A program made the translations under genes and the position numbers. Of a DNA stretch of 64,000 nucleotides, positions 26,225 to 38,850 are shown piece by piece (the stretch's first letter is position 1; each line of letters starts with the position of its first letter). The notes beneath the pieces are model-generated. The model made no database searches and was not told the DNA's origin. It saw only the letters and a list, made by a program, of their open reading frames with translations. The stretch spans positions 27,280,001 to 27,344,000 of the forward strand of contig OX597836.1 in NCBI GenBank assembly GCA_951406725.2, in the 5' to 3' direction. This stretch comes from Octopus vulgaris (taxonomy: Eukaryota).

Positions 26225-28420
26225 TCATATTTAAAAGGTACCTGTACACGTCTAAAGTAGAGAATGTTTAATGTTAAACAATCCAAACTAGTTTTAATAC
26301 ACCGTATGTAAATTAACGAACTTCAAAACTAAGGTCTAGGGTACAGCATATTATAGCACAGTATTTCCGGATTTCTGGAAGCCGGATAAAACATCCGGTG
26401 TTGTATATGTTTCTTTTATTTACTATTTTTCCGTCTCTTGTTACATGACATAACTGTTTCACCAAATATAAAAAAAAATTGCGTTTTTTCACTGGAGAGA
26501 ACGTCAGCGAATACATTTGTCCACCCTAACGTCTACTGATGACAGAAGAGCCTCTGTTTTCATACGATATAGAACAATTAATTATAACAGAACTTTTAAT
26601 TAACGTCTTTGGCCATTAATTAACGTCAACCGTGGAAGCGAAATAGGAGGGGAGATAACTGTGTTATTCTGTTACTGCTATGACAAAACTAAAGTCTGTG
26701 ACGTGGCTAATAAGCGATGTAATAATAAACTATATTATATATCATAACCTAATTTATTTTTTAAAACCATCTAAAATTATTCACTTCCAAGAAAAAACCT
26801 AATTAAATAAAGACAATTAACCTATTTTCACTCTATCTATCTATGAAATATATGAAAGAAATTGTTGTATACAGGGCTCAGATGCACTCTATCTCTCTAT
26901 CCCTTTTTTCCTCTTTATCGTCTGTTTTTCTATCTATTATTTGTTTATATATTTTTTAATGTTATAGTATGTATTTGGTGAACAATAGCGTCGTTGGCTT
27001 TAGGTTTTCAACAGACTACTGAGTGGTTCAAGATATTTCATTTCTGCAAGACAGATAGACAGATAAATGGATAGATAAATAGATACAGAGACATAAAAAG
27101 AGAGGGAGGGGCTGATAAAGAAGTAGTCAGTGCAACAAGGGCGGAATATATAGCATAAGGTATTTTCATTCGAAAGCACCGTTTATCAGTTTTCTCATTG
27201 AGGTTTACAACTTTCGCTGTTGTGAAAAATTCTTACACGAAATATATATATATACACACACACATATATATATACACACATATATGTACGACGAACATTC
27301 ATCTATCAAATTTCACTCACGAGGCATTTGATTATAACTGGAGGCTATGTTTAAAAACAGTTCCCCAAGTTGACGTGCGGCGAGATCGATCTCGGAACCA
27401 GAAGAGCGATGATCAAATGCGTTCCAGCTATGACCATCCTAACTTTTACCCAGACATAGTGTATCTAAGAGAACGTTATATAATGTGTCTTCTCCTTTTC
27501 TGAGAAGGCATGGTGTGAATAGAGGAGATTCGGCTGCTATTTCTTGCGTATCGGGTGACCACGTATATAGTACCTCCTAAAACGGTAGGTAAAGAAACTG
27601 GTGCTAATGTTCGCATCCTTTGAAATGAACCAACATATTAATACACACGACTGCTGCGACCCATATTCGGTTCATCGTAGATGAAAAGGTAACAAGTTCT
27701 TTTTGGTTTGATGTTATCCTGGCTTCGCTCCAGGTGTAACAAAGATATCGGTGCAGTTGCACCATTTCTCTTTGGAATGGTTTTTTGTTGTTCTTCCTAA
27801 CCTACTTTTTCGTGTCTCTAATTTACTACTCTCTTTTCTCTTATTTCTTTCGTTGTTGATGTCTTCCTGGGCTGGGACGAAGCTTCTTCAGGGTGGTGGC
27901 AACATCACGAGAGATTTGTCTTGATAGGAAAAGAAAAAAGAAAGTTTCGAAAAATGTTAGATGATGCGATTAAAAAAAAGCGTCATATATATATATATAT
28001 AGATACATATATATATACATATATATATCGAGAGAGAGGGGGCGGGACAGATGGGTCGGGTACATAAATAGAATGCGGAAGGGATTTACATAGCAGAGTT
28101 GTGTGTGTAGTTACAGTAGTGGTGGTGGTATTGTGTGTCTCTATATAAGCAGGAAAACTTAAGATATTCTTGGCGTTACCTCTGTTTATGTAAAAGCCTG
28201 AGTACCTAGGACTATATTATTGTCTAAGACAACGAGTTCTTGTACCAGAATACAAACCAAGACACAATCGCTGCATCTGATGGGGAAACAATATTCGATT
28301 GTAAATACTCTTTTCTCTTTCTATATCACGCACTTTTTTTTTCTTTCCTTAAACACGCTCCTGACTTTTCCGTGTGTGCAAGAGGTGTATGGCGAACCTC
28401 TGTGTGTGTGTGCATATATT

Positions 28421-28650
28421 CGAGCTGGCAGAAACGTTAGCACGCCGGGCGAAATGCGTAGCCGTATTTCGTCTGCTGTTAAGTGTTCTGGGTTCAAATT
28501 CCGCCGAGGTCGACTTTGCCTTTCATCCTTTCGGGGTCGATAAATTAAGTACCAGTTACGCACTGGGGGGGGCGATGTAATCGACTTAATCCCTTTGTCT
28601 GTCCTTGTTTGTCCCCTCTGTGTTTAGCCCCTTGTGGGTAGTAAAGAAAT
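28421..28650 (+). mobile_element. SINE family A
   Basis: A/B boxes and central domain as in the other copies. Confidence 0.8.
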
Positions 28651-29749
28651 ATATATTCTTCTGTTCTTTTACTTGTTTCAGTCATTAGACTGCGGCCATG
28701 CTGGAGCATCGTCATAAACTTGCATGTTTTAGAAATATGTATGTGTCCTACAGTCGCTTCTGCGCTAGAGAGCTGTGTGTAAAGAGTACGAATGAAATAG
28801 TCTTATATGGGGTGGCCAGCAGTGTTCGCATGTGCCTACGCGTACGTGTTTTGTCATAGTAAGCACGCGCGTGAAAAACCTTCCATGTGTTTTTGGCATT
28901 TATGAAACTGTCTCTTTTCTATTTTAACATTGGCTCTCTAAATATGAAATATTCGAATGTATCTTTGTGTTTGGTCTGTATAACTTGTGTCCATCTCTGT
29001 TTTAATAACTACATATAGATTTACGGAGAGTGACTTGATCTGAGATCGTGTGCTGGAACGAAAACAATTGCAGCGTGGAAGGTGTTTATAAGCCATTTGT
29101 GTACATATAGATCATTGTTTCATAAATGTTTTAAATGCTCAACTGTACACACACACACACACACACGTCTATGGACGGACATCAGGAACAGTTGTTGGTT
29201 CAGATACAATACTTTATGGGAAAATAAAAGGGTAGTTTTTAAAGTCCTTTTTATGTTTTACTATTGCTGGGTTTTACAAAACGGAAATGAAATTAGATTG
29301 TTTCAGGGTGGAAAAAAAAAAATAAAGGAAAAAATAGAAGTTTTAATGTTTTAATATTTTTGCTCCTCACTTCTGGAACCAGGTGGTATAAGTCTTCGAG
29401 GACGTCTATTCTAAAACTCCGCAGACACACGCATGTGGAAACATACATACATGCATACATACATACATATATATGCGAGTGTATGTTTATAAATACTACA
29501 CCGCGACCAAAATAAAAAAACATTATTAATCTCTATCTGCCATGGCTTCGAATACTCCTTCTGACAAGCGGATGTATCTATGTGTAGACATAGACGGGTT
29601 AAACTAAAGCGTTAATGGTTTTATTCCCTAAAAAATAATATTTGAATAAAATAATTTAGGCGATCTTTCAGTATAGGTACTGTAAGTGGCTTTGTTTACA
29701 TTTCTGAAGATAACAGAAACCCTTTTCTCCCACCCCTAATCCTAACCCC

Positions 29750-29803
<54 letters not shown>

Positions 29804-30648
29804 CTTTCTTGAAATGTATCCGGTATCTATACCGAAGTTACGCCAAACCATTAAATTATGGCGATGCTTCGGTATAGGTACACACATGACTTTGTTTACC
29901 AGCGATATGTAGCAACATCTGATAGCCTGGTCGGTCACGTAATCATGTAATATATATATATATATATATATAGATAGATATGTCATAGTAACATGTAGAC
30001 TATTTGGTATTGTTAAACACTGCTAGTCACAGTGTGCTTCATGTTGTTTTAGCTTTTGAATGCCACCCTCCTGGCTAGGCAAGCAGGCTTGCTGACATTC
30101 CGTATGAATGTGATGTCAGTCCATCACAGGGTGACCCATTTATAGCTGAGTGCTCTGGGGCTATGTTAAATGAAGTGTTTTACCCAAGAACACAATGCGC
30201 TACCAGACTGGGAATTGAAATCACAATCTTGCATTCATGAGTGCAACAGCCTAACCACTAGACCATGTTGCTTTACTACATGCAATATATGTTGTTATAG
30301 TTTTTTTTTTTTTTTTTTTTATATATTTAGTATGTAAATGTTAATTTATTACTATTCCTTATCTTTACAGCTATTCAGAACTTTACCTGGTCTCACAACG
30401 ACAGTTTATCTGAAACCAGGAAGAAACAGATCTGCATGAGTACATATGTATATATATATATGTTTTTTTACTGTTCTCACAAGCAATTTTATGAAAACTT
30501 TCAAATATATTTATAAAACTTATATGTTGAGTGTAACAAAAGGAGTCTCCGGGCTCTCTTCGATGTGCATGTCAGCTGCAAAACCTCACAGCAACATCAA
30601 CTAAACACCAACCAATGCAACAAAACCAAATAACACATTAGTATCGGC

Positions 30649-30806
30649 ATGGAGTTTCAGTTTTCTGGAAACACAGGGAATAATACCCCACCTAAAATTT
30701 ACCACGAGACGCAAAGGCTGCAACTCTGTGGCCTTCATGCACTCAACAACTTGTTCCAAGATGGTAATGCCTTCACCAAAAAGGATCTGGATAATATCTG
30801 TACAAG
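30649..30806 (+). CDS. JOSD1: Josephin-domain deubiquitinase (JOSD1/2-like), coding exon 1
   Basis: [52 protein letters not shown](R) resembles human JOSD1 [27 protein letters not shown], including the catalytic Cys. There is an in-frame TAA upstream at 30631 and a donor AG|GTAAAT, phase 2. The symbol indicates family; it is probably a co-ortholog of JOSD1/2. Confidence 0.93.
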
Positions 30807-31039
30807 GTAAATATACAACACCTGTGTATGTATGTATGTATGCGTGAGTGTGTGTGTGTGTGTATGTATGTGTTTTACATTATATGTGTTAGAAAGGGCC
30901 TCCAGCTGTAGAAACTATACCAAAACAGATATGGGAGCACAATGTTGTCCTTGGCCCTGGCAGATCCTGTCAACCAAGTTGTCCAACACATGGAACATTG
31001 ATGATGATGATGGTGATGATGATGATGATGATGCCTGCA

Positions 31040-31420
31040 TACCTGTAGGTAAATATACAACCCATATACATATTTGTAGGTGTGGGTGCCTTTTACAATA
31101 CATGTTGCATGCCTGCAGGAGCTGAAACATGCTACGCATATATGAATGCATGCGGAGGTGTATCTTCTGCGAGGGGAGTTTGCACCTGTGGGAGCTAAGA
31201 TATGCAACACCTGTACGAATTTATATGAAATGTGTATCTTCTAGGAAGTGAGTTCACACCTGTCAGAGCTAAACTATACAACCCCTATATAAGTGTGTGT
31301 GTGTGTGCGAGAGGTACCTTTTGTGAGGTGAGTTTGCACCTGTAGGTGCTTAGATATACAAAACTGGTATGAATGTATGTTAGAGGTATCTTTTGAGAGG
31401 TGAGTTCACACCTGTGGGGA
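31040..31420 (+). repeat. Diverged ~75-80 bp minisatellite in JOSD intron 1
   Basis: Recurrent GGT(G)TATCTT..GAGGTGAGTT(T/C)(G/A)CACCTGT..GAGCTAA.ATA(T)(G/A)CAAC units, about 4-5 copies. Confidence 0.65.
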
Positions 31421-31626
31421 AACGAGATCTTGAGTGACCTATTCCTTGGGTTTTCTATTTCGATTCCTACTTCTAATTATTTCCCTTCCAGTCTGGATGC
31501 AACAAAACATTTGCTAGAAGAATGGAATTTGGTTCCACTGGATACTGTTTGGCGATTCACCTTAATATGAAGAATTTGTGTTTGCCCCACAAACACCGCT
31601 TGACAACTGGTATTGGTGTGTTTAGA

Positions 31627-31860
31627 AGGCGGCGAGCTGGCAGAAACGTTAGCACGCCGGGCGAAATGCTTAGCGGTATTTCGTCTGCCGTTACGTTGTG
31701 AGTTCAAATTCCGCCAAGGTTTACTTTGCCTTTCATCCTTTCGGGATCGATAAATTAAGTACCAGTTCCGTACTGGGGTCGATGTAATCGACTTAATACC
31801 TATGTCTGTCCTTGTTTGTCCCCTCTAAGTTTAGCCCCTTGTGGGTAATAAAGAAATAGG
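31627..31860 (+). mobile_element. SINE family A nested in a SINE family B tail
   Basis: A full family A copy interrupts the B motif GGTATTGGTGTGTTTA, which appears on both sides. Confidence 0.8.
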
Positions 31861-32535
31861 TATTGGTGTGTTTATGTCCCCATAGCTTAGTGGTTTGGCA
31901 AAAGAGACAGATAGAATAAAGTACTAGTCTCAAGAAATAAGTCCTGGTGTTGATTTGTTCGACTAAAACCCTCCAAGGCGGTGCTCCAGCATGACCGCAG
32001 TCAAATGACTGAAACAAGTTAAAGAAAGAAAGATTCTCAGTGTGAAATTCATATAACTAGTACGATGCCAGATGTATGTGCTACTGTTTCTTTGACCTCA
32101 TGTGACAGTTGTAAACAAATGTCCCTGTCACGCAAGTGGTGTCCTTCATTTCCACTGGTCACTCCAATTTATTTCTTTTAACACAATTTTTGCTTCAATT
32201 AAGCAAATTACCCTTGACCATAAATTTTCTCCACTCTGGTCATACATGTCTAAGCTCTTTATCTGAGGAGGGTGAGATAACCAGAAGAATCAAAGATTCC
32301 TTGCAACAGTCACTTTTTTCTGTTTTAAGGATTAAACGACAGCTGAGGACAGGTTCCTGCCTGAGTAGGCCTCATCAGCACATGTTTAAACTTCATACAA
32401 CATATTCTTGAATTTAGCAAACTGAGTTTCGAAATCATGTTATGGAAATGATGAGAATGATAATTATGATGATGCTGATAATAATAATAATAATAATAAT
32501 ACATTAATTAACATTAATTATTTCTTTATTCCCAG

Positions 32536-32661
32536 ATTATGCCCCAAAGAAATCTTTAATCCCTACCGCAGTACATTTGCAGTGGGAAACTATGATATAA
32601 ATGTCCTCATGGTAGCAGTGCAATCAAAAGGTTATGATATGCTCTGGTTTAACAAAACAAG
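32536..32661 (+). CDS. JOSD1: JOSD1/2-like, coding exon 2
   Basis: Acceptor TTTCTTTATTCCCAG|. Translation (R)LCPKEIFNPYRSTFAVGNYDINVLMVAVQSKGYDMLWFNKT(R), cf. JOSD GNYDVNVIMAALQ.KG...VWWDKRR. Donor AG|GTATGT; 126 bp, phase 2/2. Confidence 0.93.
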
Positions 32662-32703
32662 GTATGTATCTTTCTAGCCTTTACTCTTTCTGTGTCTCAT
32701 ATA

Positions 32704-32744
<41 letters not shown>

Positions 32745-32746
32745 AT

Positions 32747-32944
32747 AAAATTATAATTTAGAGTATCTACGAGATACCGCCATGCTGAAAATAGCAGCCA
32801 AGATTTATTTCGTCATTGTATTTACTGCAGTGATGTTTTAACCATATCGCAAAGGGAGTTATGAAGCGGGCATTTTAAACTGGTCATGTTGCATACGTGC
32901 ATATATATGTATGTATATGTTCGTATATGTAAGTATTCGTATGT

Positions 32945-32977
<33 letters not shown>

Positions 32978-33288
32978 ACTTACTCTGCGTATATTCCACT
33001 GATGAGGCAAAGCATTTCTAAATGCAAAGCCAGAAATCCCGGATCTGGAATTATCCAGTAATTTTTTGCTAGTTTTAATTTGTCTTTTTGTCTTCTCTCC
33101 TTGTGCTGTATGCTCATTTAGTGTGGTTTTAGAGTCAGATCTTGGCTGCTATTTTCAGCATGGTGGTATCTCTTAGCTACCCTAAATTATAATTTTAATA
33201 ATAATTATTACCTTTGAAGGTTTTTATTTCCATGCTGGCCACTTGATAAGATCGTTATTTAATTCTAATTAATGATCTCATCCTTATA
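32747..33288 (+). mobile_element. Penelope-like fold-back element with hammerhead
   Basis: 32747-32804 is inverted relative to 33138-33196. It lies between (TA)n tracts. A homolog is on - at 48510-48822. Confidence 0.65.
32993..33051 (+). ncRNA. Minimal type I hammerhead ribozyme candidate
   Basis: ATTCCA-CTGATGA-GGC(AAA GCATTT CT AAATGC AAA)GCC-A-GAAAT-CCCGG-ATC-TGGAAT: 6-bp stem I, intact core, near-palindromic stem III, AUC site. One extra A precedes GAAA. Confidence 0.65.
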
Positions 33289-33352
33289 TATATATATATA
33301 AATTTTAACAATGATAAATCTCAGAGCGAGTTATAAACAGTAGCGGTAACAC

Positions 33353-33719
33353 ATCGTGACGCATATTTGCCATTTGAATATGGCTAACCCATAAGGGTGG
33401 ATGCTACTGTAGTTTGTAGCCCCAGGAAGATATCTCCTCCAGCTGGCTATAGACACACTATCTGTGTCCTCTCAGTATTTGTGAAGGGGAGTCATCCTCC
33501 TCCCCGTCTTCAACACATGAAAGGTAAACACCTTGAAACTCGGGTACGTGTGTATCATGTGTTGAAGACGGGGAGGATGACTCCCCTTCACAAATACTGA
33601 GAGTACACAGATAGTGTGTCTATAGCCAGCTGGAGGAGATATCTTCTTGGGGCTACAAACTACAGTAGCATCCACCCTTATGGGTTAGCCATATTCAAAT
33701 GGCAAATATGCGTCACGAT
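33353..33719. repeat. Near-perfect inverted repeat (~165-bp arms, 34-nt loop)
   Basis: Arms 33353-33520 and 33555-33719 differ by two substitutions and a 3-nt indel. Confidence 0.97.
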
Positions 33720-34358
33720 ATAAATTTTAAGATTTAGGTAAAATCCTTATAAAATGCTATACTGTTACTGAATAGAGGTGTTAAAAAAAAAAAGTCACCT
33801 TCTTGGGTCATGCCAACTCATGAACGCCCATTATATTCTCTCACCTGGATGAGATGCTGGTCTGCTGTTGCAGGATTAGCTCATTTTTGCCAGCGGAGTG
33901 GACTGGAGCAATGTGAAATGAAGTGTCTTGCTCAAGAATATAAAGTGTCACCCAATCTAGGAATTGAAACCAGAACCATATGCTCATGAGTCCAACACCC
34001 TAACTACTAAGCCATGTGCCTCCACAAGAGTGGACATGTTGGGCAAACAGAGCTCAACCAGGGTACTTCGGAGGGAGATGGTGGTGGTGGGGGGTGGGGG
34101 TAATGGAAAGAACGAGGGAGAGGGATAAGATTACCTTTAATCTTTTACTTTGTTTCAGCCAGTGGACTGTGGCCATTCTGGGGCAATGCCTTGAAGGATT
34201 TTTAGTCCAACAAATCAGTATCTTTTTGGTGAACTGCTAAGTCACTGGGCTGTAAAGAAACCAACACCGTTGGTCAAGTGGTGTGAGGACAGACACAAAC
34301 ACAATGGTTCATGTCCATACTTACACACACACACACACACACAAACACAAGCACTCAT

Positions 34359-34399
<41 letters not shown>

Positions 34400-35486
34400 A
34401 TGGGCTTCTTTTAGTTTCCGTCTACCAAATCCATTCACAAGGCTTTGGTTGGTATGAAGCCATAGCAGAAGACCCTTGCCCAAGGTACCACACAGTGGGA
34501 CTGAACCTGGAACCATGTGGTTGGGAAGCAAACTTCTTACCCCACAAAAAACAAATAAATAAGATATAACTAATAAACATAAATAATTAACAATTCGTAT
34601 CTAATTTAGATACAAAGCCAGCAATTTTGATGGGAGGAGGAGAGTTAATTAATTAATTAATTAAACCCCCCCCCAATCAGGTACTCAACTGGTACTTTAT
34701 TTTATGAACCTCAGATGGATGAACGCAAAGTTAACCTGGGGTGGGATTTGATCTCAGATATCTCTGATATCTGTGCCACCATTTCTGTCACTATTGCCGC
34801 TCTTTTTATCTTACTCTCTAACTCACCCTCCTTTCTTTTTCACCTGGAATATTCATGTACCTATACTACAGCAAACCACCTCCCCCCTGTCCCGCTCTAT
34901 CTCTAATCTCTCATCAACAACTGGCACAAAGCCACTCCTTCTCCCTATTACTACTACTCCCTTTCCTCTCATCCTTTCGGGGTCGATAAATAAGGTACCA
35001 GTTTCGCACAGGGGTCGACGTAATCGACTTAATCCCTTTGTCTGTCCTTGTTTGTCCCCTCTGTGTTTAGCCCCTTGTGGGTAGTAAAGAAATATATTAC
35101 TACTACTCCCTCCTCCCTGCTGAGGGGGTTTATGTGTGGTTTGGTGTTAGGAGGGGCATCCGGCCAGAAAAGCCCTGCCGAAACAGACACGGAAGCTCGG
35201 CACAGTGCTCTGGCTTGCCAGCTCCTGTCAAACCGTCCAACCCATGCCAGCATGGAAATCAGACATTAGATGATGATGATGATGATGATGAAGTTACTTA
35301 GTGACCCTGTTAGTGATGGTGCACCTAAAAAGTACCCAGTACACTGTAAAGCAATTGGCATCAGGAAGGGCATCCAGCCATAGAAACCATGCCAAAACTG
35401 ACAATGGAGTCTGCTGTGGCTCCTCCTGGCCTTACCCATTCCTGTCAAACCATCCAACTCATGCCAGCATGGGAAACAGATGTTAA

Positions 35487-36016
35487 TTGACAATGATGAT
35501 GATGATGACGATGATGATGACGACGACGACGACGATGATGATGATGACGATAATGATGATGAAGATGATGATGATGATGATGACGACGATGACAATGATG
35601 ATGATGATGATGATGATGATGACGACGATGATGATGATGACGACGATGATGATGACGATGATGACGATGATGATGACGATGGTGATGATGATGACAATGG
35701 TGATGATGATGATGATGGTGACGATGATGACGATGATAACGATGATGATGACGACGATGATGATGACGATGACGATGATGACGACGACGACGATGATGAT
35801 AATAACGATGATGCTGATGACGATGACGATGGTGATGATGATGACGATGGTGATGATGATGACGATGGTGATGATGATGACGATGATAACGATGATGATG
35901 ACAATGACGATGACGATGATGATGATGATGGTGATGATGATGACGATGGTGATGATGATGACGATGATAACGATGATGATGACAATGACGATGACGATGA
36001 TGATGACGATGATGAT
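35487..36016. repeat. ~530-bp (GAT/GAC)n trinucleotide array
   Basis: Directly follows an RTE 3' UTR end (CCATGCCAGCATGG..GATGTTAA), so it is an expanded LINE tail in JOSD intron 2. Confidence 0.92.
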
Positions 36017-36428
36017 CCGACACAATAATCAGTAAAACCAACAACAACACCTGCAATTATTTGTACAAATTTAATTAACTTACCTTATCCTTCTCGATTT
36101 ATTCTAGCGCTAAGAGAAATAATGGGCAAGTCTGATTTATATCATCGTTCACTGTATTCCAGTGTCTTGTGTTAGATACAGCAGTAAACCTGTCAATGAA
36201 GAAGATGGAGGGAGAGAAAGAGAGAGAGAGAAAGGGAGAGAGAGAGAGAAAGGGAGAGAGAGAGAGAAAGGGAGAGAGAGAGAGAGAAAGGTGGGGAGAA
36301 AACGAACCAATGTCTTTTATTTGTGATCAACAAATCTTATCCCATCTCTTATGACATGTTCTCTCTCTTCTCTCTTTTCCCTTTTCTGTTTCTGTCTCCC
36401 TGTAAAAATTATATGTGTGTGCGTGTGC

Positions 36429-36605
<177 letters not shown>

Positions 36606-36680
36606 CGGTGCCCCAGCATGGCCACAGCTTGTGAGCTGAAACTAGATAAATAAAAAATAATAAAAATAATATATATATAC

Positions 36681-36730
<50 letters not shown>

Positions 36731-36919
36731 CGGACATAAATGATGATGATGATGATGATATATATATATACACACATATACATACATATATACATATATT
36801 CATGTGTGTGTGTGTGTTTGGCTGCAGAAATAAGAGAAAGAGTAGTGAAAGCATGTCCTACACTTTAGTCATTCGAAGATGATTCATTCATTGCTACAGA
36901 ACGAATACGTACACTGCTT

Positions 36920-36951
<32 letters not shown>

Positions 36952-37344
36952 TCTACTTACACTCATGCTCGCACACACTCACACACTGTCACATATATCA
37001 CATGCGCATACAGTCATCACACACATTCTTCCATATACATTCATCCACATGCACACACACACACATACGTCTACACACATCCTTCCACATATATGCACAC
37101 ACATCCTTGCAGCCACACATTCACATACACATCCAAGCACACATATACACACATACACACACATCCTTGTACACTCATCCTTGTGCACACACATCCTTGT
37201 ACACACACATCCTTGTGCACACATCCTTGTACACACACATCAACACACATCAATGCATACACACACATCCACCACACACACACACACAATGGAAACTATT
37301 AATTATCTTATTAACATAATACTGTTAAGCATTTTGCCCGGCAC

Positions 37345-37576
37345 TTTTCTCTTTTACTCGTTTGAGTCATTTGACTGTGGCCATGCTGGAGCACCACCTT
37401 TAGTCGAGCAAATCAACGCCAGGACTTATTCTTTGGAAGCTTTGTACTTATTCAATTGGTCACTTTTGCTGAACCGCTAAGTTATGAGGACGTAAACACA
37501 CCACCATCGGTTGTCAAGCAATGTTGTGGGGACAAACACAGACACACAAACATATACACTCACACACACGCACACA

Positions 37577-37611
<35 letters not shown>

Positions 37612-38468
37612 CACCCTGAGAGAAATGCTGGATATAAGAAGCATCAGATGTGGTGTGCAAGAGCGACGCTTGCGATGGTATGGTCATGTGCTGTGGATGG
37701 ATGAGGAGAGATGTGTGAAGAAGTGCCACTCCCAAACAGTTGAAGGTATCAGGGGGAGAGGTAGACCCAGGAAGACATGGGATGAGATAGTCAAGCATGA
37801 CCTCAGAGCGTTGGGCCTCACTGAGGCAATGGCGAAAGACCGAGATCTCTGGAGATATGCTGTGACTGCATATAAAAAGCACTATCCGAACGTGGCCGAT
37901 GCCAGCGCCGCCCTGACTGGCTTCTGTGCCGGTGGCACATAAAAAGCACCATCCGAACGTGGATGATGCCAGCGCCGCCCCAACTGGCTCCTGTGCCGGT
38001 GGCACATAAAAAGCACCATCCAAACGTTGCTAGCGCCGCCTTGGCTGGCTTCCGTGCTGCTGGCACGTTAAAAGCTCCAACCGATCGTGACCGATGCCGG
38101 ACCCACCCTGGCACCTGTGCAGATGGCACGTAAAAAGCACCCACTACACTCGCGGAGTGGTTGGCGTTAGGAAGGGCATCCAGCCGTAGAAACTCTGCCA
38201 GATCAGACTGGAGCCTGGAGCAGCCCCTGGCTTCCCAGACCCCGGTCGAACCGTCCAACCCGTGCTAGCGCGGAAAACGGACGTTTAAACAATGATGATG
38301 ACATATATACGACGGGCTTCTTTCAGTTTCCCTCTGCCAAATCCTCTCACAAGGCTTTGGTTGGCCCGAGGCTATAGTAGAAGACACTTCCGAAGGTGCC
38401 ATGCAGTGGGAATGAATCTAGAACTATGTGGTTGATAAGCAAGCTACTTACCACACCACCACTCCTGC
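37345..38468 (-). mobile_element. SINE family B split by an RTE insertion
   Basis: Tail at 37345-37570, head at 38305-38468. Confidence 0.75.
37610..38300 (+). mobile_element. 5'-truncated RTE LINE (ORF C-terminus + 3' UTR)
   Basis: VQERRLRWYGHVLWMDEERCVKKC...VEGIRGRGRPRKTWDEIVKHDL...DRDLWR, then tandem UTR units and (GAT)n. Confidence 0.9.
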
Positions 38469-38644
38469 TAACATTTCTACCACCAGAGCCATCAATTACG
38501 ACATTGAATGTTTTACTAAACTTTGTCATAATTCTGACCTTTTTAGTTTGTTTCTGTGAATATTTGATTTTCCCAATTGGTGACAATGTCGGAAAACGTA
38601 CATTATTAAAGTTACTAATTATAGTGATGAGGAATGTAAATATA

Positions 38645-38850
38645 TATTTCTTTACTACCCACAAGGGGCTAAACATAGAGAGGACAGACAAAGGGATTAA
38701 GTCGATTGCATCGCCCCCAGTGCGTAACTGGATAATAATTTATCGACCCCATGAAGGATGAAAGGCAAAGTCGACCTCGGCAGAATTTGAACTCACAATG
38801 AACGGCAGACAAAATACGGCTACCCCTTTCTGCCAGATCGCCGCCTTTGA
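38645..38850 (-). mobile_element. SINE family A
   Basis: Reverse-complement copy. Confidence 0.7.

Noticed and set aside
26533-26575. TCTA-CTGATGA-CAGA..TCTG...TAGA hammerhead-like motif
   Set aside because: The GAAA box is absent.
33397-33675. Twin 67-aa ORFs on opposite strands
   Set aside because: A by-product of the inverted repeat, with no recognisable domain.
35266-36056. Poly-Asp, poly-His, poly-Ser and poly-Met ORFs of 180-239 aa
   Set aside because: They are translations of an expanded (GAT/GAC)n LINE tail inside JOSD intron 2, with no supporting exon structure.
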